A stretch of 43,400 nt of DNA from Hydrurus foetidus (taxonomy: Eukaryota), in NCBI GenBank assembly GCA_900617105.1, contig UYFQ01000518.1, positions 62,001 through 105,400 on the forward strand. Direction: 5' to 3'. Positions within the stretch are counted from its first letter, which is position 1. Each line of letters starts with the position of its first letter. Of the stretch, positions 1-12,300 are shown in pieces. The notes under the pieces were generated by a model that saw only the letters and a program-made list of their open reading frames with translations, ran no database searches and was not told the origin of the DNA. Made by a program: the position numbers and the translations under genes.

Positions 1-157
1 TTCTGTACTTACGCACGTACGTGCCGCATAACGTACACGTATGTATTTGTAACTACATTTGCAACTATATTACTACAGACATAACTTGATGGAATCAGGT
101 AGTCTGACAGAACTGTGAACATTGTACATGTGACATGATGTCCTCAATGGTGACGTG

Positions 158-297
158 TAAGGCTTCAGTGGCCATGGTGGCCGTGTGGTGGCCGTAGTGG
201 CCGTGATGGCCGTGGCCGTCGCCCCCGACGGCCAGTCCGATGGCCACGGCCATGATCACAGTCTGGCCGTGATTTCACGGCCCGGCCACCAGCCCTA
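158..297. repeat. GC-rich GGCCGT(G) repeat cluster, possible hAT-like MITE remnant
   Basis: Many GGCCRT/ACGGCC motifs in both orientations. The right end reads TAGGGCTG on the - strand, a hAT-like terminus, and the left end TAAGGCT is an imperfect match. No 8-bp TSD found. Confidence 0.35.
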
Positions 298-1566
298 AGA
301 TTTTTTGATCCTGGGGAAGGTTTATGTGACTTCAAGTCCACCGTCCCGTGAATCTGGAAGAAAGCGCAATTTACGACGAGGGCATCCATTGAAGAATGAA
401 CATCACCATTACTAACTCATATCTAGTCATAATGACGTCACGATTGAGGATTGACAGATGGCAATCGTGACGTCATTACTGGCCAACACTATAGTGACAT
501 ATGTTGTGCCCTACATTAACTGTTTGGTCAGGCCTAGTACCGTTACCTGAGATTGGATACAGTTGACTTCACACTTTTTCGGTAAAAATAACGCATGATG
601 GACGTTTCTTACGGTATACGGTATGCGGTACAATCTACGTAGTGTAGGGGAAGGCGCCTAGTAACGCCTAATGACGGCTAGAAATTGTCTCGAGTCAAAT
701 GGCGTCTATTCCTCTGATTTGTCAGTATTCAGTATTACTGTTTAACGTTATGCATTTCAAAAATAGTTTCATGACAGTGTAGAAATACCAAAACGAAACC
801 ACTGCCGCCAAATTATTAGAGTGACGCGACATTGTTCTGTAAATGAGATTCTGTGACGTACGTACGTACGTATGTTCCATTTCAAGTAAGAATGCACAGC
901 AGTTGCACGTATATTAAGGAGTCTGTCTTCCGTTAAATTATGGCATTATACCGTGTCTTTCGGTTAAAGAGGCCGCATCAAGAGTCTTGCAATTTGAGAT
1001 CTCCCTATTTCTATTATTGAGTATGTCAACTTCTTCGTCCAGTTCAGATTTCAGATTAGTCCAGTGCGATGGCATAGCATGGTACGTACATGTACATCTT
1101 ATCGATCAGAAACTAGAAGAACGGTACAGCAGTTTTTGGTGTTTCCTTTCTTCTCCTGTAAGTCTCTTGTCGACCTCACCTCACCTCACCTCACTTTATC
1201 TCGTGTCCGTCTGTTTATCTATCGGTCTGTCAGAGTTCAAGACTGCGAATGTGCATCTCGAATCCGCATATTTTCATTTCCATCTTCATACAGCATCATT
1301 GACAAGCAACTAGCACTTGGAGAGCTCACGTTCCAACTTTCTCACTGATCCGCAACGGATCTGTGAGGACCTTTTAGTTTACTTCGTAGGATAGGAAGAT
1401 GCGTTCGTACGTCATCACATCAAATCATATCCCATCACATCCAACATGGAATAGGTGCGTACTTACAATTTCGAACAGTCACTTCTGATATCCGAAGGCA
1501 CACTTTTCATTTTTATTTTTATTTTTATCTCCATTTTCTTTTTTAATGTCATTTTCATCTTCATCC

Positions 1567-4500
1567 TCATTTTGCGCTGAAAAAGCTCTTTATACCGGCT
1601 TTAGCCGTAGTCGCCTTGGTCGCAACACGAGATACAGCCGAGGCAGCAGCAGTAGCGGCTGGTGGTCTGCCTCTCTTCCCAGTCTTCGCAGTTACACCAG
1701 TAGTGGCAATTGAGGCAGCACCTGCACCTGTGACTGCACTTACATGTGGAACATTTGGAACACTAGCGGTACTGCTACTGCTGCTATTGGTTGTGCTGAC
1801 AGTCGTACTAGATCCCGCAGTAATTCCCTCTGTCACCTTCCCCTCTCTCCCTTTCCCTGGTGACTTCGAGAGCGATGATGATATTGTCGATTCCTTTCCC
1901 TTCACATCAGATGTACCAACAGGCGCAGAGGAAGGGTCTACTTTCATCCCTATAGAGATGGATTTGACTCCGTTACGTTTATGAGAAGTCTTGCTGTCCG
2001 TTGCTGCGGTGGGCTGGTCTATTCCATCATCCCTTTCGTTTTCTTTTTCCTCTTCAAAATCTTCTTCTGCAGAGTCACATGTGAGATCGACTGCTACAGT
2101 TTCTTTTTTTCTCTTAACTTCTTTGTTCGCTTTCAGAGCTACTTCTTTCTTTTTATTTGCGGCATTAATCGCTGCTAATTGTTCGGCTGCTTTTCTATTT
2201 TTTTCCCTTTGGCTTGAGCGCGATGGGCCCTCTGGGGAGAGGATAAGGGGGGTAGGTAGTGTACTGTCCCTATTCATTGCAAACCCTGTGTTGGACTCTT
2301 CAGGAGGGGATATGTAATTTGAACTGACAGATACACTGCGTCTGCTCATCTTGTTACTCCCATTCTGACTCCCACGTTTATTCTGATTCCCAATTTCATT
2401 TTTATTCTCATTTTCGTTTTCGTCGTGTGTTAAATCCAACGTGTTTAAATCTGACTTGACAGTGGGGGGAGTTCGTGGGTGTTTTCTGTTTGGGGTGAGA
2501 AGAGGAGTGGAGGATGTGTCTCTTGAGGGGCTGCTCTGTCCCACTGTTTCATTCTTTTCTACCTTCTCTTTCTCTGCCTCTTTTTTTGCCTTTTTTGTCT
2601 CTTTTTCTTTCTTTTCTTTTGACGCAACCAATGGACATGATGAGCTACTGTCACTTTCACTCCCGCTCACATCTTCATTGTATAGGTCACCTTCACCTTC
2701 ACCTTCACCTTCATCTTCATCACATGACTCTCCATTGGCTTTCACAAACCTAGGAGCGCATCTCCGGACTGCTTGGCCGAGTTTCATTTTTTGCCGATCT
2801 TTCTTGAGACTGGCATGTATACTTGCTTTGCTTGCAGATTTCACTTTCGAGGGTGATTTTGTTTTCTGTTTGGACGCTGCTGTAGTTTTATTTGGTGTAG
2901 CAGAAGAGGAAACAGCAGAGGAAGAGGAGGAGGTAGAAGAAGAAGAAGTGGAGGAAGTGGAGGGGATGGCTGCTATGACAGCCTTGATAGATGACGAGGA
3001 AGAGGATGGCTGTGAGATAGAGGGGAGAGAAGATATCACGAGTGTAGAGGGGCTAGCCTGAGGCTCAGCTTTCACTCCAACACTACCCACTACCCCACTC
3101 CCACTAATAGAAGCCAACCCATTCTCAGTCAGTTTATCAGTCGTATTAGCAGGAGTCAGTACGGCTGGATGCGGTATAATTGGAGGGAGAGCGGTAGGAA
3201 CGGAAGGGGCAGCAGTACGGAACAATTGCGAGGCAGCTGCTCGTCTTTTAGTGACATAGAAGGGGTCCTCTTCACTGCCCGGCACGATTCGCTCAGGAGA
3301 GACGCTCATACAACACGCAGCAAGGATTAGAGTGAAACACCTCTTCTCCAATACCTTCGGATTAGTTGTCACGACCCACTCTACCCCCATTGCTTTAGGA
3401 GGAATAATGAAGTCATGGGGAGGGAAGGATAGTGATGAGTCTTCCGCTATGAATTTCCATTGCTGAAGCCCAACACCCATAGTGTGGATCTCTTTGAGCA
3501 GAGAGATGTCGTGGTGTGCCGTCCACCACACGGGGAGATAGGCGTCTCTGCGAGCTGTGGGGCATGAGGGACCAGCACCCTTGCAGTTCCGCTGTGAAAT
3601 AGAAGGAGAGAGAGAGAGAGAGAGAGAAAGAGAAAGAGAGGGGAGGAGAGGATGATAGGAGGGAAAGAGAAGAGGAAGAAAGGGAAATATGAGAGGAGGA
3701 GAAGAGGTGAAAATTGAAAGGAGGAGTAATGAGAAGAAGAAGAAGTAGAAGAAGAGCAGAGAGAGGAATAGATCAGGGTAGAATGGTGTATAGTGTGGTG
3801 GTGTGATATGATCTACCAATTACAAATGGAGCAGACAAACAGTGTGCGTGTGTGTGCGTGTCTGTGTAATTTTTTGTAGTCCAAGTTCTTGCAGACTGGA
3901 CAACAATATGAAGCTCAGCGAAACTGGATCGATAACGAATTGATCAAAATGTGAGCAGTTTTCCAAATCAGCTAAGTGAGCATGCATCCATGCACAGCAC
4001 GTATGAATGCACCTTGAAACAATTCATCAGCTCAGCGTCTGTGTGGCATGCGAGGGTCATTCTCGCTTTGTGTATGATGTCAGACTTGTCGAATGCCGTC
4101 TCCACCATTCGGAGGGACAGGCCGTGCATGTGTCCGTCTGAAGTTGCAGGGTTATAAAGGGGACGGAAGTGAGCGCGTGCGTGTGTGTGTGAGGGAGGGA
4201 GGGAGAAGAAGGATGTGCTGGAAAGTAGTGTTAGGAGGTTTTGAGTCCACAATGTTGCACATTTAATGAACAGAAACCTTCTCACGATGAGTATGATGCA
4301 CTGCACTTACAAACCACTGCACTCACCTTCATTCTGTTGCATCAGTTCCGCCGCATTAGTTCCACTCACTGCACACTGAAGCAATTTCAAAAAGAAATTG
4401 ATGGCCTCTTTTATACTCTCAATAGTAACAACGTCTTCAGCAACCACTAACCCACCAGTCGTCACCTCCCCATTCCCATCCACTTTGAACCCGCATGCGA

Positions 4501-7500
4501 TAGCAAAGTTCCTCCAGTACAGGAGGTATACACTTCGACACACCTCTTTCTCTCCCTCACCACCCGCATCTATCACAGCATCTTTAACTGCTTTTTCTCT
4601 CTTTAATAGGGCACCTAAATCATCGTAGAAATCCCTAGGCCTGCCCCACCTTAACACTGTTCTCAACACAACCGAACCTAGTCTCGGCGCTGATTTGTTC
4701 TTCGGTCTACCGACAGGAGGGACAGCCGTATATCCGGCTACAATTGGCACCTCCGGTTCCGGTATAGTTCGCAGTGCGGCTGATATTTCCCTCATTCTCT
4801 TCACGAATACTCTGCCGGTTAGCAGCGCTGGATATACATGCAGACATTTCGTCTCGTCACGTGTTGTATCCATCTTCTGTACAGCACTTCCTTCAGTTTG
4901 AATATACTTTAAATGGCTATATTCCATGTCAAGTGAGAAGTTATTGAGTCTGAAATAATCTTCAAATTGATGAATTCTTTGTTCTCCTGAAGGCCACCCG
5001 TTTTTGTATGCCGCGAATACAGTAAGTGCGTCATGTTCTGATGTCCACTGTCGGTATTCGTCAAGGGGCGATTGAAGGGGGACGGGGAGGGGGGCGTGAG
5101 CGGGAAGAGGGGTAGGAAGATGGGTGGGGACAAGGGCGAGTGTGGTGGTGAGTGTGGAGGGGTGGATGGTAGGGGAAATGAGAGGGACGAGAGCAGAGGA
5201 TGCACCGTTTGTTGGGATGACGTATGCTGGTGTTCTTTGCTGAGTTGTATGCAGGAATGCTCCCACTCCACCTCCACCTCCACCTCCACCAGCTGCTGTA
5301 CTTGTGATTTCGCCTGTAACTGCAGCCATTGTTTTTAACGGCATGGGAGTGGCGTGCCTTGGCTGATCCATCTTTACTATCCTGAGAGCCCTTGACGTAG
5401 AGTCCCTCATAGCTGCTGCTAGCAACTTGTGTGCAAGATGGCGTATGACAGATGGAGCAGGGCGGGAGGGAGTAGGTGGGAGAGTGAGGGTGTTTTCTAT
5501 CTTTGTGTCTACATTACTGATAGTAACTTCACTGCTGCTACTAGCGCTACTCCTAGAGCTGCTGCTGCTGTTAGCTGTAGAGAGAGGGAGTGTAGGGAGC
5601 GGGAGTGGGAGAGGGATAGGAGGGGATCGATGCAAAGACTCTGCAAGAGCTAGGGCAGTGCAGGAGGCTAGTCTGTCCTCGAACAGATCCTCGAGCTGCT
5701 GCAGTCTCTGACGGGCAAGATTTCGCTATTAGGGAGAAGAAAGGGGAAGGGAGAGTGAGTTCATGTGGATATGCGATGAGAAGTTGAGATTAAGATTAGG
5801 AAAATAGAGAGAGAGGTGAGTGGGAAAGATGAAGAAAGATGTGTTGAGTACTAAGGCTGTGAAATATGCATATTGCGCGGAAAAGACCGTTAAATAAATA
5901 GCGGACGTTACAGACATGGTGACAGTACAGTGCAGCAGTCAAGTCATTTAATCGTTGAAAAGCAAAAGGTAGTGCGGTGCGAGGTGGTACAGTTCAGTAA
6001 TTAGGAGGTATGCAGCACCATACAGGATAAAGGTAAGTCAAAGCAAAAGAGTAACCAGGGTGAGAATAAAAAAGGGTAAAAGTGTATTTTACATGCATCA
6101 GTAATTGGCATCACTACACACTGCATAGCTAAAGCAGGAATGTAAACGTCTGGACAAAGAAGAAGAAGTCAGTGCGATGCGATACGCATTGTGCAGTATC
6201 AGTACCTGTCTTAATATGTTCCCTTTGTCTGACACAGAGTGAGCCATGGAAAACACAGGAGGCACCACTAACCCGCACTCCCTCAACGCGTAAGCAGTAC
6301 CAAACGGAATATTGAACAATTCCAATGGTCCGGTTTCTATGGGTTTGGGTACAGGGTCCACGGGTGTGGGGATGGGATCTAAAAGTCCAGGATCTTTCGG
6401 GATGATGACGTTTACCGGGTGTTTTCTGCGGGGAGTACCGGCTGTTATGGGAGACCCTTCCACCTTGATATCTGTTGACTCCGATTTAACGCTGCTAATT
6501 GTATTGTCTGTTGTCACCTTTTCATCCGTCACAACTTCTGCGTTACCCTTCCCACTGCTCTTACTAGATGACTCACTCATCGTTGTAATTGCACCTCTAA
6601 GCGGAGTCGTTGCTGCTGCTGGTGTAAGTACGAATGCATCTTCTGCGCGTTCACTCTTGACTGCTGACTTGTGAGTCGCGTCATTAGCAGCATTTAATCT
6701 CGCAATGCCTAACAGTCGCAACTTCTCAACGGAAGGGAAGAAATGACTCCCAGCTAATACATCATTTCCACTGATTTTAGCGGAGAACAAAATAGGGAGT
6801 TGCAATTTACCATTAGATGACCCTGAAACAGCCGTCTGAACAGCAAGATTAAAAAGATAATCCTCTGCTATGGGCATATTTTCTGGCGCTACAGAGTGGC
6901 GGAGTCGGGGAGGGCCCGAACCGTTTCTAGGGGGCCCCGAATGGGGGGTGAAGGGGTCCCGTTCCAGTGCTGCGAGGGCCAGTCTACAGGCCCTGTTGCG
7001 ACTTAGGAATGTTTCTAAGTAGGCGTGGTCTTCTGATACCCTTATGTGCTGCTGAATAGGTTGTTGCTGTTGCTGTTGGAGTCGTTGAAGTTGCAGTTGC
7101 TGCAGGTAGAGATCTTGTGCTGTGTAGTGAGTGATGAAGAGAGTGGAGTGTTATGTGGTGCATTAGAGGGGCTGACTAGGACAGGATGGTGTGGCTGACA
7201 GAGCACTCATTGTGCCGTGGGTAAAGAAAAGAAAACACAAAGTGCAGTGCAGTGCAGTGCAGTAGTGCGGTCAGATGGCAACGTCTGATGTCGTACCTGT
7301 CGTTCTCTGACCATGGGTAGACATATTACTCGCGCCTGTTCCACTCGCAATAACTACTGTACTTACACCCGTGGCAGACCCATTTGCAGGACCATTAGTA
7401 ACACCATTACTAGATTGAGTGTCGGCAGCTGCGGGGGAGTCACGGCTAATGGGTCCGGTGACATTTGGCCGTATTATACCGGCTTTTGATGCTTTGGCGG

Positions 7501-9301
7501 CGTCTTCCGGTGAGCCCGGTAAGACTGTCGTTTGGAGGGACGCCACTTGCAACAGCTGTAGAGACAAACGCACGTACGAGAAGGGTGGTGTAAGTACATA
7601 AAAAGAATGCAGATTGTGTGAGTGGCATGAGGGGGAGGCGGTCTTTACGCGCATGTTGAGAAAAGATGAAATGAGATAAGGTGCCATGCGATATGCACGT
7701 AGTGCTATAAATGAGATGAAAGCACTTGATCGTGCGTAATTGTGAGATGATGCAGTATGACAGCATCAGAATGGGACAGAGAGTATCGTAGGTACACAGT
7801 TGTCCCATGGGTCGGTACTGAGTAACGCTCTCCAACAAGCTATACACAGGGGACTCGTATGCTAAATGTGGTAGTGTGAGGTGGTATGCGGTGACATGAA
7901 GTGGTGTTTGGTGGTAATATGTGCAGTGCACTGCAGTGCGATGCAGCACAGTGTAGCCTGATACCTGCAGCAAGGCGACTCGAGCTGCCCTCGCTATCTC
8001 GGGTAGAGGCCACTTGGGAAGGTTCACTTTACCCCTCAGTTGCTCCCAATTGCCATATCCCTAGGGAGATAGGTTCGGTCGGAATTGGAGGAGTCGGAAG
8101 ATTAGTGGGCCATTCAGGGAGGTGGGAGGGTAGGGTCAGTGGGAGTCTTGCAGGGAGGGAGTTCCAAAATTATAAAAATGAGGAATGGAGAAGATGGAAA
8201 AGGGAATAAAAAAGGAGTGAAGAAAGAAAGGAATTAAGGAAGGGAGGAAGAAAGGAAGGGAGAGGACAGTTGAGGGATGATATGATTCATGATACGCATG
8301 TACGAGTGAAACTAGGGAAGGAAGGAAGGAAGGACAGCACATCACAGCACAGTGCTTTATAGCAGAGATGATGATGACGAGATGAGTAGTGACGAACCGA
8401 GCTGCACAGCATGGTGGCCAACACCCTGCTGATGTGCGACTCCTTCCAGTCTACTTTACCACCCCCTGAAGAGCGTCTGTCGACTTTACGCCTCTTATTA
8501 GCATCTTCATTGATGCCCCCCTTGTTCTCCTCGTCTGAGTTAGATTGATCGTCGTCATTGTCACTGTCCCTGTCACTCGCACTACTGGTGTCTGATGCCA
8601 TCTTCTTGGATATCTTGACAGAAGCAGGCTCTTTGTAACTGGTGAACACATCGCGACACTTCCTCTTCCGCACTACATCATCTTCAAGACCGTCAACACC
8701 GCCTGACGAAACAGTATGAGGTGATGAAAAGGAGAGGAGTTAGACAATGCAGTCACTTCCAAGGAGGGTTAGGACCAGTAAGTGCACCAATTAGTGCAAG
8801 GATTCTAGAGCTGTGCAGTGCAGTGCCGAGAATAGAGTGTTGTGGATAGAACTGGAGATAAGAGACTAAATGAAAGGTCACACAAGACATGACAGGACAG
8901 GGCAGGACATTACCGCTGGTAAAAGTGTACAGTAGAGTGTTTGCGCATAGGAAATTACGATGCGGTCTCAGTAATTTCAGACGCACAGACACTCTATTAA
9001 GTCAAAAACAAACCACAAACACGCACACACACACTAATGCTAGCACACACACACACGTATATACATTACATTATAAAAATGACTGCATAATCATAGTCAC
9101 ACCATAATCACATTACAATCACGTCATCTAACGTGACTCTCTAATCACATAATATATATGTAACTTTAAGCTGACAATATCGTACCAGCCAGTCCTACAA
9201 CTTTTGTCCAGAAGTCAGGGTCGTCAATAGCAACGTCATCAGTGGCTCCTCCAGATGCTACGAATGAAGCCTTGGAGAAAGATGCGGCAGAGGCGGAGAG
9301 G

Positions 9302-9340
<39 letters not shown>

Positions 9341-12300
9341 TGGGGGGAATGGAAGGGGAAAGGGGACGAGAAGCGGGAGGAGTGAAGAGATAGTGAGTTT
9401 TATTAGGTTTTAATGACCGAGTACATTTTCAGATTGGTTTGAAAAGGAAGAGAGACACAGAGAGAAATATAGAGAGGTAGCCTATATTCAACACACGCAC
9501 CTGATTTTTTCCCATCGTGCACTATGGTGGACGACCTCGACAGAATCTGGTCGATATCTGCCTCACAGAACTTGTTGCTCTCTTCTACCGACTGCCCTTC
9601 CTTCTCTTCTCGGAATATGTCATAGGCGCCGTGTCTGAGAAGGTTCTCTAATTCCTTCTTGCTAAGGGCTGAGACGTGTTCCACCCTGTCAGCGGTGACA
9701 CCCGCAACTGCAGCCGTGCCTCCTTGGCCGTGCATGTTGTGCATTACGGCATAATCAAGTCCTAGTTTGATCGAAGCAGCCTTGAACATCATCGTTTCGT
9801 ACGTTTTTCTCGTCAATAAACGGTAAACTTTAACCGGCTTTGTTTGGCCAATCCTGTGTGCTCGAGCCTGTGCTTGCAGATCGTTCTGAGGGTTCCAGTC
9901 ACTGTCAAATATGATGACCGTATCGGCAGCTGTTAGGTTGATACCCACCCCACCCGCTCTTGTGGATAGGAGCATCACGTAAGCACCTGTTACGGGGTTT
10001 TGGTATCTATCAATAGCACACTGTCGCTTCTTTCCTGTAACAGCTCCATCTATTCTCTCATATGTGTACCCACGTAAATTAAGATAGTCTTCTATTATGT
10101 TGAGCATGATTCGGAACTGAGAAAATATCAGCACTCTATGTCCGTCTGCTTTGAGTTTTGGAAGCAGTTTGTCTAGTAGTGTAAGTTTACCGGACGATTT
10201 TACCATCACCTCGAGTGGAGAGTCATCAACGAAATGCTTTGCGATTTCTGCCTCAGCTCCTTTGACTAGATAGGGGTGGTTGCAACATTTCCTCAACTCC
10301 ATCGCTAGGTTCGTCAGACGGGGACCGTCTTTTGGATTCCCCTTGTAAAGAAAGGCAGTGTTCTGTTCGTAGATGGCTCGGTAGTATTGCTTCTGGGGCA
10401 CCGTCAGCTCCACATCAATGATGACCTCTTCCTTTGGAGGCACACTTTTCTCCACATGTTCTTTTTCTCTCCGTAGTACGTACGGTTTCAGATTCTTGTG
10501 CAATCTTTCCAGCTGGGCAGCACTCTTCAGGTCTCCGAATTCTTCGATGAATTTCTCTCTGTCTTTAAATTCTTCTCTGTCTACGAAGTTTAGAAGGGTC
10601 CAGAGTTCGTCTGTATGTACATGTTGAAGAAGAGTGTGCGTGTTAGTGAGGGGGGGAATGTGTGTGTTAGTGAGGGGATGAGTGTGTGTGTTAGTGAGGG
10701 GATGAGTGTGTGTAAGATGGGGGGATGAGTGTGTGTGTTAGTGAGGGGGGAAGTGTGTGTGTTAGTGAGGGGGGAAGTGTGTGTAAGGTGGGGGGATGAG
10801 TGTGTGTGTAAGGTGGGGGATGAGTGTGTATGTGTAGTAGAAGTGTAAAGAATGCATAGAAGGATTAATTGTCAGACGTATTCAATTTATGGTGGCACAT
10901 GCTCAATAGCGAGGCATCCCAATCAACCATGCTTTCCTAACATTCTCCTCTATCCTTGGCACGTACCTGTGTTGTTCTGCAGTGGTGTGCCGGTTAGGAG
11001 GAGGCAGTTCTGATAGCTGTACTCGTTGCGTAACGTGTACGACAGCTTGCTGTCGTAGTTCTTCAATTTGTGGGCTGTGTGTGTATGGGTTGGGGCAAGG
11101 GTGAGAGGGAGAGGGGAGTGAGAAGGGGAAAAGAGACAAGGAAGGGGGTGAGATAGGTAGTTTATAGAAGGAAGAGAGAGAAGGATTGAGGGAAGGGAAC
11201 AGGAAAGGGGTTGGAAATGTCAGAGAGGTTAAATAAGTGGTGAAAAAAGAATGAAAAATAAGGGTGTTTATGAAAAGGAAGTCAGGGCATGGATTAGAGA
11301 TGGAGAGAAAATAGAAGGACCGGAAATACACTGGAAATTTTCATGAGGTGACTTTAGGATGCTACATGCTACATGTAAAATGCAGTTATAATAGAAGGCC
11401 GGGGATGAGCGAAAGGACGAGGAGAGGAGAGGGGAGAGGAGAGAGCATAAGGGGAGAGAGAGAAGGAAGGAAGGAAGAAGGAATGGAGAAGGAAAGACTT
11501 TAGGAAAGCTAGAAGAGGAATGATGGCCAAGTATCCATCACGGACACACCTTCATCAACAACGATGACGTCCCACTGAATGGCTGACAGTGCTCGACACA
11601 AACCCCTTCCGTTCACCGACTTTTTGTCAGGCACCATGCATGTCTCAGGCGATGTGATGACGATTTGCATCTTGTGTCCCTTAGCGTTCTCACGTGACAT
11701 GTAGCCGAACTCGTACTTACGAATATCTTCTCTGTCCTTCTGACTGCCTTGGTACAGTACGGCATCCATATCTGTGTACGTGCGTATGTTTTTGTGTGAC
11801 GTCGTTAGATGACTATTGCAATTCTTGTGAAGTAAGTTCAAACGATGCTGCAGATATCACTTGGAAAGTGCCTGGTAGAGGTGTGCACTGTGCTGACTCA
11901 CAGCACGTGAAGATGTACAATACAACACCACGCACCGCACCATGTTCAAAACTATACTTTGCTACACAGTACACTATGCTTCACACTAAATTACAATATA
12001 CGGCATCGCACTACACTGCACTCCTCTCCTCTACATTCACTTCTACATCATGTTATCCTCCACTGTAAACATGAAGAGAGCACACCTGTCCAGGTGAGCA
12101 TTTCTCTGTGCCAGTTGACCACTGTGGACAGGGGGGCGACTATCAGGAACGGGCCGGATACGTTTTGATGCTCGTTGAGAAACTGAAGAAACCCCGCGGT
12201 TTGTATAGTTTTCCCTGGAGAGATAAATAAAATACAAAGTAAGTTGTAAGATGTCGCAGTGCTGTGTGACGTCTGTCAAATACGCATGATAATCATAGGA

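Noticed and set aside
987..1348. Overlapping + strand ORFs of 94-108 aa
   Set aside because: Non-ATG starts, simple-repeat content (cacct)n, no recognisable motif and no consistent exon chain.
3592..3819. Hydrophobic signal/TM-like N-terminus of the 750-aa ORF
   Set aside because: It is translated polypyrimidine intron; the true exon begins at 3591.
1616..5711. Many + strand ORFs opposite the CHD exons
   Set aside because: Antisense shadows of low-complexity coding sequence.
10633..10830. Regularly spaced repeats resembling a CRISPR array or telomeric repeats
   Set aside because: No unique spacers and no fixed telomere unit; it is an intronic minisatellite in eukaryotic DNA.
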